A stretch of DNA of 64,000 bases from positions 3,809,228 through 3,873,227 of the forward strand of contig NW_003526943.1 in NCBI RefSeq assembly GCF_000181795.1. Reading direction: 5' to 3'. This DNA is from Trichinella spiralis. Its lineage: Eukaryota. The notes under the pieces were generated by a model. It had not been told where the DNA came from. It ran no database searches and saw only the letters and a program-made list of their open reading frames with translations. The translations under genes were made by a program, and so were the position numbers. Each line of letters starts with the position of its first letter. Position 1 is the stretch's first letter. Positions 39,201 to 62,030 of the stretch are shown piece after piece.

Positions 39201-39850
39201 CACCTAACACCGCACAGGCCTTCCATTAAAGCGAAACTCTTGTCAACTCTGTCACCTTCAAATAAATAAATTCAACAGTTCAAACCATTCAGCAAAATAT
39301 TACACGGTGTGTAAATTAAAGAAAAATTTACTCTACAAAGTCATTCAATCCATATTTTCAGACGGAAACATTTGTGTTGCTACATCCATCCATGTTGTGA
39401 CCAATTAAGGTTGTATGAAAACAATGCCATAATGCTGCAAGAAAGCGCTCTTCAAATTAAAATTGGTTAATACTATCAGCAATATGCACTAGAAATTTTT
39501 CAACAGTTCCACTAATTTTGCATTAAATTTCGCATATTCATTCAAAAATACTTGATTTTGTAAATATTCATACAGTGAATATTGAATTCGATTCAGTGGA
39601 AAAGAGTTTCCTTTATCAGGCAACCGCTGACAATTGACCTCTTCCATAACTGTTGTAACAATTCCATCGTTGTCAGCAATTTGATAAAACAATCTAAAAT
39701 AAAATCAAGCATCATAATACATACTAAGCAAAAATAATGTGGAATTATGATAAAAAGCTTACTGATAAAACTGATAAAATTCTTATCGTACATTCAACGC
39801 AAAGCCACCAACAACTAACTGCCTGAATTCATATTCATCACATCTGGAGT
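36213..39850 (-). pseudogene. Decayed duplicate of the 3' half of SMC3
   Basis: Colinear exon-like matches to SMC3 (39489-39692 ~ 44870-45075; 38412-38562 ~ 42647-42797; 36505-36659 ~ 40770-40939; 36213-36275 ~ 40456-40528). The ABC signature LSGGQKSL has become LSG*Q*SL at ~36600-36608; frameshifts and a large deletion are present. Confidence 0.88.
37145..38215 (+). CDS. PKA catalytic-subunit-like AGC Ser/Thr kinase, intronless, copy 1 (inside the SMC3 pseudogene intron)
   Basis: GKGNYG, AIK, YRDLKPEN, DFG, TICGTWEYIAPE, DWW, AGC tail NFDNYEE, terminal FHGF; intact 356-aa ORF. Confidence 0.93.
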   Translation: MNPNCSEYDKVDEASTSRSVSILPKCNGHRLQESNDSSPSMFIDERFRIISTLGKGNYGTVVLAEEKETKKRYAIKIIKKRHLMLSSLGFKQVFSEKKILQMAQFPFIVDFYGSFKSNSNLFLMLEFVQGGDLFTHLRKMNRFSENVAKFFAIQIVLAFEYLHKLDIIYRDLKPENILLDQHGYCKLADFGMSKQLNNERTYTICGTWEYIAPEIIKNQGYGTSIDWWMFGILLYDLCNGRTPFKAASLKELQQIILKGKYRMCRKFSAPLKNLIRQLLKTDCRKRIGCRGGGAREIKSHAWFNNINQRAILQRRITSPFLPTIKDRDDMNNFDNYEETAISESPEIELENVFHGF

Positions 39851-40062
39851 TCTAGTGGACACTACAAGCAAATTACTTTAATCATATAAATAATATACAC
39901 AAAAAAATGTTTGAAAAAAAACGATCTTTTTCCTTGAATATATAACAGTTAAAAGTGCGCATTTTGAAAATATTCAAAATTTACTACAAAAAACATCATT
40001 TCTAAATTGGATAAATTACTTTTACTTAAATAAATAAAAATATATCAATGAGAAATTTGTCT

Positions 40063-40180
40063 AACTTACTCCTCTTTCATTTCAATCTCTACCAGAACAG
40101 ATAAAACAGTCGGGCAGAATGCCATACTAAGAACAACCGCTTTCTGAACGACCATTCTTGCTTTTTCACTATCACTATCA
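40063..40180 (-). pseudogene. Decayed duplicate of the TAF1B 5' region
   Basis: agaacaaccgc..tt.gct/actatca at ~40130-40175 resembles 35898-35940; acttactcct at ~40064 resembles 35411. The adjoining intergenic DNA 40285-40376 matches 36043-36130. Confidence 0.55.
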
Positions 40181-40455
40181 ACAATATTCTGATAAAACTG
40201 ACAAACATATGCAAATTAAAAATCAAAAAATAAAGAATAATCATCAACAATATTGAATGAACTATTTCCAAAAAAAACAATAGCAACAACTATAGGAAAG
40301 CACTTTTAATGTCGCATCGTTAATGGAGTATGATGCATGATAAAACATTAAGTAAAATGTGGTATATTCAATTCAAAGATTATGCCTAAATTATTACAGA
40401 CTAATGTTTATCTAAACAGTAGATGAAGAATAAGAGGAAAGCAGAGGAACAATAT

Positions 40456-50234
<9,779 letters not shown>

Positions 50235-51057
50235 TGGAATTTGTTTTTAACACAACTGCAGGAAAACACTGCATACAGTGAAATATAAAAGTTCAAAATT
50301 TGAATTTAGTCATACTGTAAATAGCAAAAGTAATGTCTGGGAAAATGACTGTTTCATTTATTTGTTTTGCTTACAATTCTTATCCAGTTTTATAATTTTT
50401 TTTAATTTTGTGTTTAGAAGTTTTAGATAATTTACAGAAAATAAAGATGGGTTTGGCCTTATGCGGTCAGGATTTTTATCGCGTTTTCCTATTGGTTTAT
50501 GGAAATCGTGTTTTCATTGGGTAATTATGCCCTAGCTTCTCATTGTATACTTATGGCCTCATAAGATTGGTTCTCTCAGCTAATTTTTCATTGACTTAAA
50601 TTATCATGTTTTGATTAGCGAAAATATTTTTATTTCATTGGTCCAAATTTTTTGATTATGGAACAACTGATTCCGTAACATTAGTACATTTGATGCCATT
50701 TTTATCAAATACCGTTGTTTTCACATTCGTATGATAGCTATTTTTCTTTAAATATTTTTTTATTTGACAGTTTTTAGTAATTAGTGTTTGTAATACAATT
50801 TAAATTTTTATTATTATGGCAACTAAATGAAGTTTAATGAAATGAGATAGCAGTAGGCCAACAAATACAGTGAAATAATTTTTTATTTTTTAACGCATAC
50901 ATATGGAACCAAATTGATTTTTGAGATACACACATGAAACCAAGATACAATTTTTGATTTTCTGTACAGTCTTTGCAATGAGCTCCTTTCAGATTAAGAT
51001 TTTGCGCCTAACACCTTTAAATTACTGCAAACAAATGTCTCAAGAACTGGAGAATTC

Positions 51058-51646
51058 ATGATCTCGTCAACACAACCAAAAGGCCACTGCTTCGATCTCA
51101 TATCCAATATCCGAAATGTTATACAGAAAATGACGCCCACCGCCACAAGTTGCCACGGTGAGCAAACGCCATTTGTTCATAAAGATTTGATGAACAACAC
51201 GCACATGCTCATTCGGAAAGAAGCCCTGAAAAAAATCCCTTAACGCCACCGTATGACGGACCTTATCGCGTCATACAAAGAAATGCACAATTCTTCAGTT
51301 TGGAAATAAATGTAGATCGACGTTTGGTTGGTGTGGACCGACTGAAACCAGCATTTCTACCTGTTTCATTGAACTACTGTTCCCAAATAATGTCTGAATC
51401 CCCAGAATCAAAAAATTCCCTGCCTAAGAGAACACGTTTTGGCTGCGTCATTCGAATCCCAAACTGTTTTTCCTAATATTGCTGACACCAGGTGGGGGTA
51501 CATGTAGTGACATACGGATGCACCATTTTCTGTATGATTAACCAAATTTACGCATTTGGAGCACGAAGTCAGGCCGTTGACCCAAAGTATATATAAATCC
51601 TAATCTCTTCGAATAAATTCATTCTTGTACGTATCGCACGCCTACA
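51058..51646 (+). mobile_element. Ty3/Gypsy LTR retrotransposon 3' remnant (integrase tail, PPT, 3' LTR 51503-51646)
   Basis: FVHKDL..THMLIR, frameshift, then LTPPYDGPYRVIQR..VDRLKPAF (GPY/F module) and RTRFGCVIRIP. PPT aggtggggg at ~51490-51498. LTR TGTAG...CTACA with TATATAAA (~51590) and AATAAA (51612). Confidence 0.88.
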
Positions 51647-51766
51647 AATGCATTCACAAAAATTTTAATTCACAGTTTAAATGCAAAACATATTACAAAT
51701 TATTCAAAGTAAGCAAATGTAAATTATTCAAAACTCACTGCCTACAGCAGTGTAAGCACGAACACA

Positions 51767-53203
51767 TTATCGATCTACCTCACCGAAAACCACATCTAAA
51801 GTTCCAATAATTGCCACCAAATCGGCGATAAAATGATATTTAGATATCGGCTCGACCATAGAAAGATGAGCAAAACCGGGAGCTCGAATATAGCACCGAT
51901 AAGGTTTACTCGACCCATCCGAAACCAGATAAACACCAAATTCTCCTTTAGGAGCTTCTGTTGGTACATATGTACAACCAGGTGGCACTGAATATCCTTC
52001 GGTAAAAAATTTGAAATGATGAATCAGCGATTCCATGTCGCGTTTCATTTCGGAGCGCTTTGGCGGAACCAACTTATGATCGTCAACTTTAACTTCTCCA
52101 GCAGGCATGCGATTCAAACACTGATCAATTATTCGTAAACTTTGTCTCATCTCTTCCATCCTCACTAAATATCTATCATAGCAGTCGCCTTTAGTACCGA
52201 TCGGCACGTCGAATTCTATTTGATCGTAGACTTCGTACGGCTCAGTTTTCCGTATATCCCATTTGATGCCCGAACCGCGTAACATCACCCCACTGAAGCC
52301 CCAATTCAATGCATTTTCTGCAGTCACTACACCTATATCGATCGTTCGTTGTTTCCACAATCTACTTTCGGTCAAAACATCCTCCACTTCGTCAAGTCGA
52401 GCGGAAAATCCACTTGCCCACGCATGGATATCATCAAGCAAACCGAGAGGGATATCCACTGCCACGCCTCCGGGTCGAATGTAATTGGCATGCATCCGGG
52501 CGCCACTAGATCGTTCATAAAATTCCATTAATTTCTCACGCTCTTCAAACAGCCAAAACAGAGGTGTCATCGCACCTACATCCAACGCATGCGTAGTAAT
52601 GCCGAGAATATGATTAAGAATACGCGTCAGTTCTGCAAAAAGGACTCGAATCCATTTTGCCCGTGGAGGCACTTCAACAGCGAGCAACTTTTCCACGGCT
52701 AGAGAAAATGCATGCTCATTGCACATCATTGAAACATAATCAAGACGGTCAAAATACGGCAATGCTTGCGTATACGTTTTGTACTCGATCAGCTTTTCCG
52801 TTGCACGATGTAGCAAACCGATGTGAGGCACCGCCCTCAGTATAATCTCCGCGTCCAATTCTAGCATCAAACGTAGGACACCGTGTGCAGCGGGATGCTG
52901 CGGACCAAAGTTCAAAATCATGTTTTCCACTTTACGTTCAACAAGGTCAGGTGTTAAGTTCGGTCGGCGGTCATCATCCAACATCCGAGCACGAGCTAGA
53001 TCCGCCTCTGAAGGACGAAAACCGTCGGATATAGTTTCCGCTTCAAAATAAACTTTATTAAACCTTTTGTAGAATTTACCATCAGGGTACCACACTGGGC
53101 CAGCATATGACCGACGTTGTTCACAGTTCACCGGAGATAGGATGCGCATCACTCTTTGCATTTCTCTAGTTGAAATGTTTTTGCAAAAACGTGAAACACT
53201 CAT
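51767..53203 (-). CDS. NDUFS2: NADH:ubiquinone oxidoreductase 49-kDa subunit, intronless CDS
   Basis: [45 protein letters not shown]-terminal DVVFGEVDR; Arg-rich mitochondrial presequence from Met at 53203. Confidence 0.97.
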   Translation of the reverse strand: MSVSRFCKNISTREMQRVMRILSPVNCEQRRSYAGPVWYPDGKFYKRFNKVYFEAETISDGFRPSEADLARARMLDDDRRPNLTPDLVERKVENMILNFGPQHPAAHGVLRLMLELDAEIILRAVPHIGLLHRATEKLIEYKTYTQALPYFDRLDYVSMMCNEHAFSLAVEKLLAVEVPPRAKWIRVLFAELTRILNHILGITTHALDVGAMTPLFWLFEEREKLMEFYERSSGARMHANYIRPGGVAVDIPLGLLDDIHAWASGFSARLDEVEDVLTESRLWKQRTIDIGVVTAENALNWGFSGVMLRGSGIKWDIRKTEPYEVYDQIEFDVPIGTKGDCYDRYLVRMEEMRQSLRIIDQCLNRMPAGEVKVDDHKLVPPKRSEMKRDMESLIHHFKFFTEGYSVPPGCTYVPTEAPKGEFGVYLVSDGSSKPYRCYIRAPGFAHLSMVEPISKYHFIADLVAIIGTLDVVFGEVDR

Positions 53204-53727
53204 TTTCGATATTCTCGTTAACAATTTCTATATTCTATAAACTTTCTCGCCACAAACAATCACTTTCACAGTAATTGATAATTAAGTATCTACAGTAAGG
53301 ATGACGTTGATTAAATGCACTTTTTGAAAACTTAAATGAAGAACCTCCTAATAATTAATTAAAATGTTAAATAATATCTTTAAAACTAATTTTCCAAAAA
53401 AATGTTCGGATATTACTGATTAATCTTTCTTACAAAACAGGACCAAACTGAAGTTGCAATTTTCTTATTACCTACATATTAAATAATTATAAATTACATT
53501 TCCTCTAATTCTTGATTTCAATAACAGTGTCATACTTCAGTTTCTCAGATTTTAATAACAACAGTCAAAGCGGACATAAAAATGTTCACTTAAAATAATA
53601 TTCGCTGAAACTTAAAATCACACTACAAATATAAAACATGAAAAAACAGTAAAGGCCAAATGATTACAGTTCATCCAGCATATGCAGTTACACGATCAAT
53701 TGAAAATTTTGTAGTAGAAATAACTAA

Positions 53728-54303
53728 CTACTTTTCCTTTTCACTTGAAATTTTCAAATCTGTACTTTCAAAAATCACTTTCCGAAGAACGGAGTTTTCC
53801 AAACGCAGCCGTGCCAATTCTTCCAAATCTGCCGCACTTGCCCTTTCACCATCTCGAATACACGAGTCAAAAGCAACCAAATAATTTATCAATTTTTCAA
53901 AATCACGCGAATTACGTGACTGTCTAGCGGCAAACATTTGTGAAGCAATTGCCGCTTCTATCTCGTTTTTTCGTCGAAGTTCTCTAATTTGTTCCCTGTA
54001 ACGCTGCATTATAAAATCCAACGCTGCCTGGTGTTCATTCAACATCTGAAACAGTTGACGATTGTCTTCTTCAAGAAGTCGGATCTGTCGATTCTCTTGT
54101 TTCAAATTTTCAATAAGAGCGAATCGATTGCTAGCCGCTGAAGCTGACTCAAGCTCGGAAACGCAATCCTTGTACTCTTTCAAACCGACCACAGTGCTGT
54201 ACAACCGTCTCATCGATGCGATCATGTGATTCAGACCATTTTCTTTATCTTGCAAGCTGGTAGCCAACAGCCGCGAACTGTTCAACATCTGATTATAATC
54301 CAT
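53728..54303 (-). CDS. FGFR1OP2: FGFR1OP2/SIKE family coiled-coil protein (STRIPAK component)
   Basis: QENRQIRLLEEDN..LNEHQAALDFIMQRYREQ and LRLENSVLR match the SIKE family pattern. Confidence 0.85.
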   Translation of the reverse strand: MDYNQMLNSSRLLATSLQDKENGLNHMIASMRRLYSTVVGLKEYKDCVSELESASAASNRFALIENLKQENRQIRLLEEDNRQLFQMLNEHQAALDFIMQRYREQIRELRRKNEIEAAIASQMFAARQSRNSRDFEKLINYLVAFDSCIRDGERASAADLEELARLRLENSVLRKVIFESTDLKISSEKEK

Positions 54304-57300
54304 GAATTCGAGCTGATTTCTAAAATATTTAAAATATAAATTAAATAGAATCAACACTAATATTAAATAACCATAATATCATAATAATTATAATTCAAAT
54401 AAAATTATAAAAATATAAAGCATAAATAAAAATTCGACATCATTTTACCTTTCACTAACCACTACTGTGTGAAGTAATCAAGTACAAAAATATTCATTTA
54501 CAGTATATAATGCTTAAGTTTAAGTTAAAAATTTTTTTAATAAAAAATTTTCATTTACATTAAGTATCAAGTATCATTAATATACATTTCGTGTTTTGTT
54601 TGGGGTATTTTTTATTAAAAAAATGAACTGTCTTTTTATTGGTAAAATTTTTCAATTTTTGCGGATTCAGATGCATTTTACGTAGTCCTTAAATAAAAAT
54701 GCGTAAAGGTGGGTTATCAGAAAATTTTTTATTTATAAATATTAATGAATGTATGTTAAATATGAAATTTTATTTCAATAAAATTGTTTTTTCTCATATA
54801 GCACAACTGATTAACTGAGTAAAAAAGCATTTTTTAAATATTTGCGTTGCTTACTTGGCAATTAAAATTGAGCTTTACAAAATATCTGAATAAAATCATA
54901 ACTTTGGAGTGAAATTTAAACAAAATTAAATCTAAAAACAATACTCTTTCAATTTGAAGTTAGATCACTGCTACAATCTTAGAGTCAAGTTTTTTTGAAC
55001 TGCCATTGTTTTATTTGAAGATGATATTTTCTTGTAACTTCAAGCGTTAGTCATGTAATAAACTTTTTTAATATCGACAAATTACCTGCAGCCCTGCTCA
55101 TTTTTTATCATTTTGTGAAGTGTTAATTATGTTTATTTTTAAAAACACACTGCATATTTATATTTGAAACGTTTTATTCGTATTCAGCACATATGAAACA
55201 TAATAAATACATTTAAATATTTTATAAATTTTTTAGTAATTAGGTGATAGTAATTTTGCAACGACTGATGATAAATGTTGATGAAAATAGTTCCACTGAT
55301 ATAAGTCAGCTGAATATCAGTCGTTGCTCATTGAATAAATAACCAACGATGCCAGCAAATAAATGCACAGAACAAAGGATGCGCGATGTACTAGTAACGT
55401 GTGCAGCAGGCTAAAAATTCGCATTTGTTATGCTGCGGCCGTTATCTCATACGATTAGCATATGTAGCGGTGAGGTGAGAAAGATAAGTGCTTGTATGAT
55501 GGTACTCATATGTAGCATTCAGTGTCAAAACGGGAAAGTATAAGAACAACAGGCAGAATAAACATTTACAGAAGCGATTAGACAAAGGCAACTTTAAAGG
55601 AAGGTCGTCTGAAAGCAATGTGCCTAAATAAAGTGTTTCAAGTAGACTGATCCTATACGCTCCAGTAGTTTGTAAGATTTGTGTATTCCAGATATGAAGA
55701 AGTGGGAAAAAGCATCTGCAGAAAGATTTATCTAGTTTCATTTGTGAGAAATCATACTGTTTTTTAAAAATCCATGACTTAATATAAAGGGGGTTGATAT
55801 ATGTAAACTGATGAGAATTCTGGGAGGCTAAATGGCATCACAAAAATATCGCATACTCATATGAATATTTGGTTAGATCAAATAATGAGCGATTAGTTGT
55901 CTAAGCAATTTATGTCATTCCAGCAATGCTAATTTGGTATATGATTTATTTGTGTTTTATATAAATGAGCGTCATAAAAGAAGAATTTTAAGTACTGACA
56001 AAAGTAACAATATAGTTGAAACAAAAATGAAATAAAATTAATAAAGAGCAAAAGTAAATGCTAGTAGTGAAAGTAAAAACATGAAGAGCTTAAAGCTTTG
56101 CACTTTATAAATTTCCCTGAATACTTCTTGAAAGTTTGCACTACCTTTTTACATTTTGTTTGTTATTCCTTTAAAAAATATTTTATTCTTACCATTTAAC
56201 TATGCTCATTTTTTCTATTCTTTGGTGCTTTGATTCTGTTGAAAATTTTTTATTTTCACTTGATTAGCCATTTGTGAGGAATATTTTTATTTATTAGTAA
56301 ATGAATTCTATAAAATATCTCATTTAAATATTATTTTATGTAAAAAGTGTGACATATAAAGATCAGTCAGTGAAACATTACACTGCAATGTGATGACCGC
56401 ATAGAGCTACTAATAATCATAATGCTGTTTATCTTAATAAACAACGAAACAAGAAAATTAGTTAGCTGAACCTTCTTACACTTATACAATATAAACTAAA
56501 GATCTTCAGTATACGTGACGGGTGTGCGCATTATAGTTAGTCAGTGTGTTAATTACTATTGTTGCGTGTGTGGCGCATAAACGTTTGTTTCTATAACTGA
56601 TATTCTCAATGCAAGAACACAACACGTAGCATAATGATAATTGATACTCATAATCGTAGAAAACAATAATTAGCGCAATGCAACTGCTCATCATACTGCT
56701 GTTTTTCATTATGCTTATATTCTGAGTAATTTAATTTAATCATATGACAAGACTTTTTACCGTTGAGCCATTTGTAATATTTTACTCTATTTAATTATTA
56801 AATACATCATAATTTTGATGAAAATGATAATTAAATAATATTGATAAAATTTTGAAACATCATTTATAAAAGTCCTTTTACCTATTTATGAGTTGAAATA
56901 AGACTTTGAATATTTAATGATCAGAATTTTAAATTCATTTCCTTAAATTTCAGTTTCAAAATTTTTTCTATGACATTTTCATGTATTATAGCAATAACCG
57001 AACTGTTTGATGCTTTAAAGTTTTTATTATATCAAATGTGCATTTCTATGAAATTATCTTCTTAATCAATAATAAAAGCTGTTCTAAGAATTTAGGAATT
57101 AAAACAACAGTGATAAAAAAACTGATTTTACCTTGCCAGGACAATGCTAATTACATTACATGAAGAAATATGATTTCATATTAGCTTTCTATATTATTCT
57201 TTCAATTTTATTTTCTTGAAAAAATGTACGGATCGTTAACCTCAAGCTGATGAATATGAATAATCTGCAGTGCCCTGATTTAAGAAGTTAAAATATTAAA

Positions 57301-57522
57301 ATATAACTTACACTCAAAATCTTTAAAGCTGATTTTCATTCCATGTAACCTTTAAGATTCTATTTTTATTATTTATCGTTATAATAATATAAATGTGGCA
57401 TTTGGATAAAGAAAGTTTTTTCTTTTGAAATTTTTATTTGAAATAAAGTTAACGTAAATGCTTATTTTGCTTATAGCATGGGACCTTGATAGCAGGTTGG
57501 ATGAGCGATAACTGTGAGTATA

Positions 57523-58531
57523 TTATCGATAAGTGCACATCTGAGTTGGCATTATTGCACTGAAGTTTGAAAACAAGCAGATAGATTTCAAATGCCGCTT
57601 GACACTGTTATTCAATAGAATGCAAACTGCGGCATAAATGGTGCAGCTTATATTTTGCATAAGCCAAAAATAATCAGGCATGAGGCTCAACACATTTGGA
57701 GTTAACAGTACCGTTTTGAGGTTCAACATTGCGGGGATGTTTTGGAAAAGCAATGTAAACACTACAGCAACAAGGATTCTCTTCATGATGATCGTTTCTC
57801 GTTTCAGCTGCAGTTGACGAATATCTCTACATGTGCTTCTGTTTCTCTTCAGCAAAATTGCAGCCAAGAGAAAGAGAATAACAGTTACGGAGCCCAAAAG
57901 GCTGATACAAAAGAAATGCATTGTATACAGTTCTTTTGGTAAAACTTCCCGTTCTATGCATATTACTGACACATGAATTTGCTGTTTGTAAAAAGTGCAA
58001 TACCAGCATAAAATCAAATCAATTAACGATAATATTGCTATCATCACCTGCAGCATTGAAACAGCCTTCGATCTGAGTTTGTTATAGACTCTTGCCTTTG
58101 AAACGGCAATCAACCTTTCTACAGAAGAAGAAAAAACTGAAATTGCTAAAATAGTATCCCCAAGCACGTAAAACGTTATATGAGGAGATTGTGTGAGACA
58201 TTGCTTTGGTTCTAAAGTCGCCTTTAAATCTGTGATCAGTACTATCCGCAGATAAAAAGAAATAAAGCCTGCACCAAGAAAAACACTACCAAGAGCCGAT
58301 CCTAAAATAATAAACAAACAAACAAATTAATTATTAGACTTCAACAATGAACGATGCTCATAACGCACCAGCAATGAAGCGTTGTGATTGTCGCAGCTTT
58401 TTCTCAGACAATATGACAAAAAATAAAAGTAAATTTGACACGATGCAAAGGAAACCAAAAACAATTTGAGAAATGCAAAATGCGCTCGCTTTGGCGCTCA
58501 ATGAAAAATAAATTATACTTTTGTTTGACAT
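57523..58531 (-). CDS. Nematode serpentine 7TM chemoreceptor (srsx-like), 2 exons (58531-58369, 58301-57523)
   Basis: Seven hydrophobic segments; SVERLIAV (DRY-equivalent); basic IC3 loop then TM6 NIP; phase-1 GT-AG intron. Confidence 0.8.
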
Positions 58532-61137
58532 TTTCTGTAGATCAAAACTTTCGTTAGATTGTTACAGTGGAATTCAAATCACATTTTAGCTCAGCCTATT
58601 ACAACAGTTTTAAGAAGTTGACGAATTCACTAAAACAAGAATTATAAAAAATTAAGTTTATCATAAGAAAATTAATTGTCATTCATTCGAATGGGAAATG
58701 CTTAATGAAATTAGCCAATCACAAAAGTTGCATTTATCTTCCGTTGTGCTATAGGACAGACAGTTTATTTGATAATAATATATAAATAAATACAAAAATC
58801 AATGCATCGAGACACAAATGATGCAAACATCATTAAATTTTAACCAATTTTGTTTTACTAATCATTGCTATATTTTAACGAATTTTCTAATATCAAGCTT
58901 AAAATGTTCAGTTCAATTCAATTCCAAATATCTGTCATATTTTTCAAAATCTTAACAGCATATATGCTTCTATTTCCTTTTCACCGTCTTATAAAGTAGT
59001 GTGTTGTTTGAGAAAATTTAATAAGTTATTTTTCATTTTCTTCGAAAGTTTTTTAATATTTCTTTTTAATGGGTCAATTTATTAATTTAATTATATTTTA
59101 AATTGACATTTTTAAAACCCTAAGGAAATTGCTTGAAAAAATTCTTTTGAGTTCATTAAAAAGAAATGCACTATAACTGTAAGTGAAAAATACTTTTCAA
59201 TCTTGATTTTACAAAGAATGAGTGGCATTCGAAATTTCGTAAAAGTTTTGCAATACCAACAATATATATAGTTTAATAAATAAATCTTAGTACTTTATGA
59301 ATATGATAAGTGCAAATTTACACAAAGGGAGCAGCAGTTTTATTTTTTGCAATATAATTATTGCTTTACAACAGTATAGAACTTTTCATCTTCAGTCACT
59401 TATTGAATCTACACTTAGGAAATATCTTGAAGATATTAATTAAAATTCATTCCCTACCATTCAACTTGAACGACTGCACGCATTCCCTTTTCCATTTCAT
59501 CACTTATTAAGAATTAGCAAGTATGAAAACTTTAAATGTCACAAAATGAACATTTATTAGCCTGTATTTTACATTTTACCATTTTTGTTAATTACAACAT
59601 TCAGTGAGTGAGAACGCTTTGAAGTGCTAAAAAAAATTATATACTTTCATCTTTCTTTTGAAAAAAACATTTTACATCATTTACATATTTTCTACATGAT
59701 TGCAAAATAAGTTTTAATTCGTTAATTTTTTTACATTAGTTGCTTCATAAATTTTGTTTACAAAATATCAAACCATATGAAAAACATTACGTATAAATGG
59801 TTATATTGAAAGTGATCAGTCGGAAAATGTTATATTATAATTCGTTAATTAAGCAATACTGCTTGTTTTATGATGATCACTAAGCTGTGTTTTAATGCAT
59901 ATGAATGAAATAATTAAATGCATGCATGTCATTAAGTTTGTTCATTCATGATACTAACTGATTATTTCTAAAAGTGGGAATGCATCAAAAAAATCAAATA
60001 TCCAAATTCAGATAATTCATCGTGCATTGTTTTAACCGTTATTTATATCATCACTGCTATGCAATTATTAGTTGAAAAGATTTATTTAAAATTTAACCGG
60101 TTTACATTAAAATTCGCTATTATTTTAATTTTAACTTTAATTTTATTCAACTTTTTCATTTTACTACACTTTCTTAATTAAAAAGATTGTTTCAAATTTA
60201 ATAAATCAGATATAATAGATGCATTATTAAATAGTAACTTATTTAAATTAATTTAAATGGAATAAAATAAATTTTTCAGAATAAAAATTTAATGGAGCAT
60301 GAATTTATTGCATGCATAACCGGCCCATGAGCAATAAATAATCTGAAAATAAATTGTGCCATTAATATGAGAAAAATAATTAAATAGTTCAGCATTTTAA
60401 ATTTTTTCAAATGGACATACGGTACAACTTCTCATTTATTTAAATCTGCGTGATAATCATTTTGAAAATTTGATAAAATTTGTCAAAGTAAACTTTTTGT
60501 CATAGATAAATACGGGTAATATTTTCTAAATAGAAATGTATTGATTTTAACGAAATACAAGGTTGGTTGTAAATATATTCTATCATTAATTTTTTGAAAA
60601 TCAAACAACTTGCTATCATTACACTTCATTGATTTTCCTAGCAATAACCTTTTGCGCAAATACAATAATCCTGTCAATTTTATGCCATTCAAACAATTCG
60701 CCTAAAATTTATGCTTGAATTCTCAATTTAAAAGTTAATTGAAAAAGTAAATATATTTAATTATGAATTTCTGTATAATATATTAACAAAAAAGAAATCC
60801 AAATATATCATATTGTTTTAATTATCTGTTTTTGTGTGCAATTGTATAAAATGAAGTATACATTTAAATATGTGAAAATACTTGGAATTTTAAACTTTAA
60901 ATTAAATATTCTCTCAAAAATCGATCATCACAAAGAATTTATCAAATGCTATTGAAAAAAAAGAAAATTTGCATGGTAATAATTTGTTAACATGAAAAAT
61001 AGGCGAACGAAAATTTATAACGCAGTGTAATTGTATCAGTTCATAACAGTACGATATGATAATTAGCAATATTTAATTTATAAAATTATAATAAAAGAAA
61101 AAAGAATCATAGCGGATAAAAGTGAAAAACAGATTAT

Positions 61138-62030
61138 CTACCGTTGAAAAGGAGTCACTTTCAACAAAACTTTTTCACTTTTGTGTTTGGACTTTTCCAG
61201 TTCACAGATGGTTTTCTCTGATTTTCCACAGGTAGAGTGAACAATAATTATTTTATTATTTGCAGCGTGAACTGAATTGAATTTGAACGGTGAACAAATG
61301 CTGAAATGGAAGAGCATACGGCTGAATATATTTCTGATGCTGACGGTCAGTAGTATATGCATTGCAGCATGAACAGATGCACTAATATTTTGTGCAATCC
61401 AAAGGTACTGGGAGTTCAAAAATTCCAAATCAGGGTTGTAAACGACAATCAGATGAAGCGTCGCGGGTACGTTTTGAAAGCAAAATGTGAACGCCAAAGC
61501 TACAATAATTCGTTTCATCACTCTCATTTCACGCCTCAACTGCATCTGCCTCACATTGCAGCAGATGCTCCTATGCTTCTTGATAAACAGTGCAGTTATT
61601 ATGCATAGAATCAAACTTGAATAGCCCAGCACACTGATGAAGATGAAATGCATCACGAACAACGTCTCAGATGCTATTTCCATGTGAACGCAGTAATGCA
61701 CTTTGGGGCGTGAAGTGGACAATACCAAAATCCAAAGTATTGCACAATCCAACAGTGTTGCCAGAATTGTGAAACGAATCAAAAAGTACTCTGTTTTCTT
61801 TATGAACATTTGATCCAATGTTATCGTAGAAACTGCGATGCATCTCTCGACAGCCAAAGAAAAAATGCTCACAGCCAGAAGCGTATCTCCGAGCTGGAAA
61901 AGCGTGATATCCGGAGCTCGTAACAAGCACAACTTTTGGTCGATTGTTTTATTTGTAATTTCAATCACTTCAATTCGAGTGTTGTATGCTACAAATCCGG
62001 CTCCAAGAAATGCATTGCCAAGGGCGGAGC
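61138..62030 (-). CDS. Second 7TM chemoreceptor paralog (main exon; first exon not resolved)
   Basis: Acceptor tttag|GC gives GSALGNAFLGAGF at the same intron position as the paralog (GSALGSVFLGAGF); LGDTLL, AVERCIAV, FQNVPA, WIAQNIS shared. Confidence 0.75.

Noticed and set aside
51767..53203. Intronless NDUFS2 as bacterial nuoD transfer or contamination
   Set aside because: Has a mitochondrial-type presequence, animal-like sequence and eukaryotic neighbours, with no other nuo genes.
55442..56709. Short minus-strand ORFs of 99 and 67 aa
   Set aside because: No recognisable motif or exon structure.
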